Shown here: positions 8,091 to 14,051 of the stretch, one piece after another
Numbering within the stretch: position 1 is the first letter of the stretch
Layout of the letters: the number at the start of each line of letters is the position of its first letter
Assembly: GCA_905329745.1 (NCBI GenBank)
Contig: CAJNSZ010000152.1
Location: forward strand, 138,157-152,207
Direction of reading: 5' to 3'
Length of the DNA: 14,051 nt
Source: Rotaria sp.
Lineage: Eukaryota
Translations under genes and position numbers: made by a program
The notes under the pieces: generated by a model
Told to the model about the DNA's origin: nothing
Seen by the model: the letters and a program-made list of their open reading frames with translations, nothing else
Databases searched by the model: none

Positions 8091-8406
8091 TTTTTTGCAC
8101 TGATACTTAAGTAAAAAAATAATATTATCTTAGAATGAGACAAATCAAGAATGAATCAAGCTTTATCTATGTGTATTATGGCAAAGCAAAAATAAATACA
8201 TCGGTAAAATGAAACTAAATCTGTAACCTTATATGACTAGCAATTTTAATCATAACAAGTTGTTAAGAATTACATAAGAAAAACAATATATTTTATAAAG
8301 GCGATATGCTTTCTCATACATAGAATATAATCAAAAATTTTGTTTGAAAAATTAAATAAATCTATAGAACTTAAAATAAAATCAATTTTTTTTTTTTTTT
8401 TTTAAG

Positions 8407-8518
8407 GAGAATTAAAACGACCAAGTCGAAGTATTCCAACTGGTTCTGTATCTGCTCTATTTTTTGTATTTTTTATATTCATTACGGAAACATTACTTAT
8501 GGCTGCTACAACTGATCG
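8407..8518 (+). CDS. SLC12 cotransporter, exon 3
   Basis: A T18 tract plus AG (8405-8406) forms the acceptor. g(7503)+ga gives Gly, followed by ELKRPSRSIPTGSVSALFFVFFIFITETLLMAATTD. This completes the contiguous conserved motif AGANMSGELKxPxxSIPxG. Donor CG|GTTAGT at 8519. Confidence 0.9.
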
Positions 8519-8590
8519 GTTAGTGTAGAAATTAATTATAGTTTTTTTTTTTTGTTCGATTTATTCAATTTTTTTTATTTATTATTTTAG

Positions 8591-8748
8591 ATTTACATTA
8601 ACTAACAATTATTTATTTTTACAAGATATTAATATTTGGGCACCATTTGTAATTATTGGCATGATAGCTGCAGTGTTTTCAGCATGTTTATCAGGACTTA
8701 TTGGTGCATCAAGAATATTAGAAGCATTAGCGATAGATGAAATTTTTG
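8591..8748 (+). CDS. SLC12 cotransporter, exon 4
   Basis: Acceptor attttAG at 8589-8590. A phase-2 join (cg+a=Arg) gives [53 protein letters not shown], matching the family pattern ..G.L......GA.R.LQA.A.D. Donor G|GTATGA at 8749. Confidence 0.85.
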
Positions 8749-9200
8749 GTATGAAATTTTCTATACAATTTCAGTGTAACTTTTGTATGATTTTGAGAGT
8801 TTTTTTTATCAATTACCTGCATGTATAGAGGTATAAACCGATCAGCTGAGTCGTTGGTCATTGATCAATGTACTCACTCATTTATCTATTCATATCGATG
8901 ATGTTTTAAATAATTTTTAGGATTATAAGCAAATGTAATGTCTGATCAGATCATTCCGATAGAGTACTGTCTTTCTTTTTATCTACTGAACCGATAAAAT
9001 CAATACGTAAGCATAAATAGATTAGAAGAACTATAACATTTGTTAGATTTCAATGAAAACACCGAAAAATAAAGTAATGTATCTAGTTTTATATCATTGA
9101 AGATATCTGATAGATTAAAGAAATAACTTCTATTTCTCGATAATTTGTATATGATCTGAATGTATGAACTAAATATTTAAATCATATAATATTTATTTAG

Positions 9201-9286
9201 GACCAGTACTCAGTTGGATTCGAGGTGGAACAACTCGACATGGTAATCCATGGGCGGCTGTAATATTTACATTTGTACTTGTACAG
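9201..9286 (+). CDS. SLC12 cotransporter, exon 5
   Basis: Acceptor atttAG at 9199-9200. A phase-1 join (g+ga=Gly) gives GPVLSWIRGGTTRHGNPWAAVIFTFVLVQ. Donor CAG|GTAAGT at 9287. Confidence 0.85.
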
Positions 9287-9349
9287 GTAAGTTTGATTTA
9301 AAACAAAAATCCTTTTTTTGTTTTTGTGTACTCAAAAAGTGAGTACACT

Positions 9350-9800
9350 CTAGAATCGGTTCGTATGTCCGGCCGTTTACACGATTACTTTCGAAAGGAG
9401 AGTCAGATCATGATGAAATTTTCTACACAGTTCAGTCTTAACAATGTCTCGATCGAGTTCGAAGATGAGAAGGATCCGTCACGAAATGGCTGAGTTATCG
9501 AAAAAATTGTCATTATTGACCAGACCATCCCTGAGGGGGGGGGGGAGGTACAGGGATTTTTTCAAAAAAAAATATTTTTCTCAAAATTCTTCACAACATA
9601 TATATATCGATTCAGTTCTTGACGGTGATTCCGAATCTGATATTGGTTTTGAACCAAATTGTAGCTTTCTAACAGAACATCGCCTGAAAAAGGTCTCAAA
9701 ATGCAGAAAAACTGCATGCAGAAACCAAATTGCCTAGATGTGTCTCAGATGACCAGTAGTTTTGGGGTTTCCCAAATGCCTGATTTTGTAGCTAGCAAAA
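9350..9800 (+). repeat. Diverged member of, or relative of, the interspersed repeat family (copy E), inside SLC12 intron 5
   Basis: It shares short collinear blocks with copies A and D: gaaattttc..cagttcag...tcgatcgag, and cacgaaatggctgagttatcgaaaaaa versus copy A cagtaaaatggctataactctgaacgaaa. It contains a G11 run at 9535-9545. Its GC content is clearly higher than the neighbouring intron sequence. Family membership is judged by eye only. Confidence 0.4.
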
Positions 9801-10253
9801 GGACTATCGAATGGTAAAAACCCTAATTCGATAGCTATTAATATTGGTGATCTATTAGGAAAATAGTGATGCCTGTATCTATTATATATCTCTTATAGAT
9901 TGATGAGGTTGCTTACGATAGTAATCCTGGTAGATACAAACGCAAATCCATTCAAAAATAACTGTTCTTACCCAGTTTTCCAAGCTAAACACGAATCTGA
10001 ACTGAATTCCTGTGATTTCTAAAGATATTCTATCACTCTGAGAGTAGAGTCAGTGGTCACAGGATAGGGTCGCATACAATGTGGTCCATGCTAACTTAGC
10101 ACGCCTATATTTTCTCCTTGCAATTTAGTGATAAAAAACACAGTGAATATACCTTTTCACTGTTTGAAGTACACATAACACTCGGATTTAAATCCGAGGT
10201 TTTCGCATTTATTCTTTATAATTTTGCTTTTTATTTTTCAAATTTTAATTTAG

Positions 10254-10574
10254 TTAACTTTATTCATTGGTTCAATGAATAAAATAGCACCGATTGTAAC
10301 CATATTTTTTCTTCTTGCTTATTTTGCGGTTAATTTATCCTGTTTGGCACTTGATTTAGCATCAGCACCTAATTTTCGACCAACATTTAAATATTTTTCA
10401 TGGCATACAGCTTTAATAGGTGCTGTTGGATCAATTATAATGTGTTTTATTGTATCTGCTGCTTATGCTGCTATAGCTATTGGAATTTTAATTGGTTTTA
10501 TTTGTATGCTACATTTAAGAGATTTTCCCAGAGCTTCATGGGGTTCGATTTCACAAGCTCTTATATTTCATCAG
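10254..10574 (+). CDS. SLC12 cotransporter, exon 6
   Basis: Acceptor aatttAG at 10252-10253. Translation is LTLFIGSMNKIAPIVTIFFLLAYFAVNLSCLALDLASAPNFRPTFKYFSWHTALIG..., matching the conserved ..IAPI...FFL..Y..VN..C......PN(F/W)RP.F.Y..W block. Donor CAG|GTTAAT at 10575. Confidence 0.9.
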
Positions 10575-10625
10575 GTTAATATTAAATTTATCAAAATGTT
10601 TTATTTATTTTATTTTAATTTTTAG

Positions 10626-10947
10626 GTTAGAAAATATCTTCTTTTACTTGATCCACGTAAAGAACATGTTAAATTTTGGCGACCACAAATGTTATTACTT
10701 GTTGCTAATCCACGTTCATCAATAAATTTAATTGATTTTGTTAATGATATGAAAAAAGGTGGTCTTTTTATATTAGGTCATGTTAAAACAGGTCACATGA
10801 CTCATGGATCGAATGATATTTGTTCACAAGAATATCCATATTGGGTTTCATTAATAGATAATATGAAAATCAAAGCATTTGTTGATATGACATTAGCACC
10901 AACTATACGTGATGGTGTATTACAATTAATGCGACTATCAGGATTAG
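10626..10947 (+). CDS. SLC12 cotransporter, exon 7 (start of cytoplasmic C-terminal domain)
   Basis: Acceptor tttAG at 10624-10625. Translation is [32 protein letters not shown]...[11 protein letters not shown]...LMRLSGLG. HVKxWRPQ and KKGGL..LGHV are SLC12 C-terminal-domain signatures. Donor G|GTATTT at 10948. Confidence 0.9.
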
Positions 10948-11318
10948 GTATTTTAAAAAAATAAACAAAACTAATTAAAATTAGAAAGTTTTCATGTTAA
11001 GATTGTGAGGAAGTCAATATGAGTGTTATTAGTTTTTGAAAAAATTGTTGGAAATAATAAGGAAATGAATAGCTACTGTTGAAAGGCAGCAGCGTAATCA
11101 GAATTTTTAGACTAATGTATAAGGCTTTTATTGATAGGCCGAAAATGAAATGAGATTCTTTTAATCAAACTCAGATTTTAATCCTGAGTCACGTATGTTT
11201 TAGTCTATTTCTAATATCTCTGTTTATAACATTTATATTTCAAATTCAAACACCCAAATTTCCTATGAACTAGGTCATTTCACATTTTGGTTTTTTTCCT
11301 TTCCCTTCTATGCGTCAT

Positions 11319-11372
11319 TCTCTCTCTTAATATATATATATATATCTACACATATATATATTCGTGTGTGTT
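11319..11372. repeat. Compound microsatellite (CT)n-(TA)n-(AT)n-(GT)n within a pyrimidine-rich block of intron 7
   Basis: The direct read is tctctctcttaatatatatatatatatctacacatatatatattcgtgtgtg. It is flanked by C/T-rich runs at ~11290-11325 and ~11375-11410. Confidence 0.8.
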
Positions 11373-12760
11373 GTTGTTTCTCTTTTCTTTGATCCGTCCT
11401 TCTCTCCCTTTATGTGATTAGTACTTTCTCAGAAAAAAAAATCACACACACGTTCACCCAAACTTACAGTTCAAATTCTTAATTTTTCACAGAAAGAACA
11501 AGCAAAGAGTGCATGTGTGACTCAGAGGGAAGAAAAAAGATACAATTACCATCTAATTCAAAATAAATAAACAATTCAGAAAAAGTAAAATTACAACGAG
11601 CAAATCTTCAAATGAAATGGGCAATTACCCATTTACCTTCCCATTGGTTACACTATTGTTGAAAGAATAACTATAGAGTTCTTGGTTCGTCGAAGAGAAA
11701 TGTTACTTTCTTGACCTTCGTGATAAATAAAACACTTGCTAATAAGTGGCAAGAAAAATTCTCTAGGGATAGGAGAATTCGTCGAGATGTGTAAGTGAGA
11801 GATCTTTTGTGTATCCTTGCTCATACTTACCCATCCTCAGATGTTCCCTTCAAATATGTTATGCGCCGAATGGTCCTAGCACTTTTTCTTCTAGAAAAAC
11901 TTCTCTTAATAATAATAATGTAATTAAGAATGCAATGAATTTCGCTTGAATATGATGTTTCTATACTGTAGTAAAAGAAAATAGATTATTGAGAATAGAA
12001 AGTGAAAGTAATTGTGATATAAATTTAATATATAAGAAATAATAGAATTTTTATTATATAAATAACAAACGCGTTTGATTAAAATCTATTTAAAGATAGA
12101 TAGATGAATTAAGATTAGTATCAAAATAGACATCGTATTATTAACTTTTTAGATTCTAGCGAAAAATGTGACTTTTATACAAAAGCAATACTTTTCAAAA
12201 TTATTTATTAGATTTCACTATTTCATTACGGGGGGTTCGTATAATTATATAAATGCAGAATTGTAAAATAAATTTTATTTATCGTATTTCTTCTCTGTTA
12301 CTTTTGTCATGAGAATGTTCTCTTCTCATCTAACTCATACTATTATCATGTGCATCACTATGAATATAGATCAAGAGAAAAACAAGAAGTTTCAGATATG
12401 AAAGTTTACTAGAGTCCATAAAATCTTTTGGTCAAATGTCTTTCAAAATGTTATGAAATCAAACACCTTTTCGGAATATCGTATAATGTCTAAAAAATCG
12501 ATAAAGTTCTTATTACTGTTAGATTTTATTTAACAAATATTATAATGCAGGATTTCGAGTGTACTCCTTCGAACCTCTCTAAAAATTTTCATTGACATTT
12601 GCCACATAGTATTCAAATGTAAACGAGAGTTATGTTTTATCGGTAAAGAAAATTTTAGAAGATGGTCATTTTACTTAATTTCAAAATACGTTAAGATTAA
12701 AATGAGTATCTTTTAAGTAATTAAATTTATTGAAAGAAATTTTGTATTTTCTTTTACTAG

Positions 12761-13021
12761 GTGGTCTTCGTCCAAATACAGTTATTCTTGGTTTTTATGA
12801 TAGTGCTTTACCAGAAGATAAATTACGTAATCGTTCATTTTTTAAAAAACGTTGGCTTAAATCAACTACTCCTGCCAATTTAATGACTGCACCTACATTT
12901 CATCAACAACCAATAATTCAATCTGGTGTAATGGAAGGTGCTAGTACAATAACATTAAATTCATTTAATAGTTTAACAACAATAAATGGTAATGATATGT
13001 ATCCAATATTTAATTTTGGAG
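12761..13021 (+). CDS. SLC12 cotransporter, exon 8
   Basis: Acceptor tttactAG at 12759-12760. g+gt=Gly yields the contiguous SGLG|GLRPNTVILGFYD (family motif SGLGGxKPNTxxxGF). A low-complexity, apparently lineage-specific stretch follows. Donor G|GTAAGA at 13022. Confidence 0.85.
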
Positions 13022-13071
13022 GTAAGAAATATTTATTATTTTTTTTTGCTTTCTATGATTCATTAATTTAG

Positions 13072-13241
13072 AATTACGTCAAGAAAATGAAGACAAAGAC
13101 CTTGATGTTTATTCATATGTACAAATAATAAAAGATGCACTTTATCTTAATAAAAGTATTTGTCTTGCTCGAAATTTTCATCAATTACAGAAAGATGATA
13201 TGGAATTAAATAAACGAAAAGTTTTCGTAGATATTTGGCCA
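13072..13241 (+). CDS. SLC12 cotransporter, exon 9 (gene continues beyond the window)
   Basis: Acceptor atttAG at 13070-13071. g+aa=Glu gives ELRQENEDKDLDVYSYVQIIKDALYLNKSICLARNFHQL...KVFVDIWP, where the family pattern is ..IDVWW/P. Donor CCA|GTAAGT at 13242. No stop codon is reached, so the remaining C-terminal exons lie to the right of the window. Confidence 0.8.
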
Positions 13242-13779
13242 GTAAGTTTATACTTAGTAAACAACTAATTGACATCTTATTTGTATCTATAAAGTTTATT
13301 CGAAAGTTTTTTGTAAATTTTAATCTAAAAGCAGCATTTGATATATAGATATATACAAGATAGAAATTCGCATTTCCTTTCCTCACAGATCGTGATAAAC
13401 ATTGTTGATATACAATTCAAGATCGTAAACTAGTGGTAAAAAGTTTAGAGATGTAGCATTTTGGTTTCTTTTTTCTTAACGATAATAGCTAGAATGAATA
13501 AGGAGAAAGGATTTCTAAACACAAGAAAATATCTCCGAGCCACCTTCCGCAAACTGCACTAATTTTATAAAAGCTGTTAAATTTTCATTACAAAATCAGA
13601 AAGTAGATTTGTAGACCTATTCCACAATGATCATCGTTTGCTAAAGATAGGTCATGATGAGTTCGTAGGCATCAAAATATTTTCTCTATCAAATGAGCTT
13701 GTTTACAAAACATTTTTGATCGAATCTTGAAAACTATTGTTCTTGGAAGTCTTGGTTTTTCCAGAGATCTTTCGTTCAA

Positions 13780-14051
13780 ATGGGCTGAAATTTGGAGCAC
13801 ATGTTGGGGCTGAAGTGGGAAGGCTGTGGTAAAATTTTCAGCTCGATATCCCGACGTTTGACAGAGATATGAACCAAAACAAGGGTCAAAAATAGCTCAT
13901 TTTCGTTCCAAGATTTCTCGGTCCGGGCTCTGTCAACATATTTAAATTCTTTTTTTTGTTTGAAAGAGCATCTAAGGATGCAGGGCAATATAGAGTCCTT
14001 TTTCTTAAATTCTTACTTTTTTTGCGGAGAAAGGGGCTCACAAGTTCAATG
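13780..14051 (+). repeat. Diverged member of, or relative of, the interspersed repeat family (copy D), inside SLC12 intron 9 and cut by the window edge
   Basis: gtaaaattttcagctcgatatcccgacg aligns with copy A acgaaatttcagttcgaaatatcgtcattcg. caaaaatagctcattttcg aligns with copy A gtaaaatggctataactctgaacg. The supplied 70-aa minus-strand ORF here has no recognisable domain. Confidence 0.4.

Noticed and set aside
9444-9737. 97-aa plus-strand ORF (MSRSSSKMRRIRHEMAELSKK...) inside intron 5
   Set aside because: It lies wholly within repeat copy E and spans the G11 run. It has no transposase, reverse-transcriptase or other motif, and related copies (A, D) do not conserve the frame. It is most likely a fortuitous ORF in a decayed element.
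13147-13988. Minus-strand ORFs 13147..13386 and 13776..13988
   Set aside because: The first is antisense to SLC12 exon 9 and intron 9, and the second lies inside repeat copy D. Neither has recognisable motifs.
1-14051. A prokaryotic-style novel system (defence island, CRISPR array, operon, toxin-antitoxin pair)
   Set aside because: The window shows spliceosomal introns, no tandem repeat-spacer array, no Shine-Dalgarno-linked gene cluster and only two unrelated eukaryotic genes. I found nothing that supports such a system.

Overview
This window is AT-rich eukaryotic nuclear DNA, not a prokaryotic locus. Coding sequence is split by GT..AG introns, and I see no operons, CRISPR arrays, rRNA genes or intact tRNA genes. 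Two protein genes are transcribed divergently, about 4 kb apart. (1) On the minus strand, a 2-exon gene (2344..2236 and 2161..969) encodes about 433 aa of the tocopherol-cyclase family, with hydrophobic anchors at both termini. (2) On the plus strand, an SLC12-type cation-chloride cotransporter starts at 6399. I can reconstruct 9 in-frame exons (826 codons) up to 13241, and the gene then runs off the right edge inside an intron. About a fifth of the window consists of decayed copies of one interspersed repeat family, with at least 7 copies in both orientations. One copy has long terminal inverted repeats, and another sits inside a 1.1-kb foldback palindrome. Introns fall into two size classes: 50-74 bp AT-rich introns, and long introns of 0.45 to over 1.8 kb, at least three of which (introns 2, 5 and 9) carry copies of this family. 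The organism cannot be named from sequence alone. A/T-ending codons, Asn/Ser-rich inserts, tiny introns and an AG directly abutting the start codon would fit an AT-rich invertebrate such as a flatworm or rotifer, but that is a guess. I found no novel multi-gene system. The most unusual items are the tocopherol-cyclase-like gene in a genomic context that does not look like a plant, and the architecture of the repeats.
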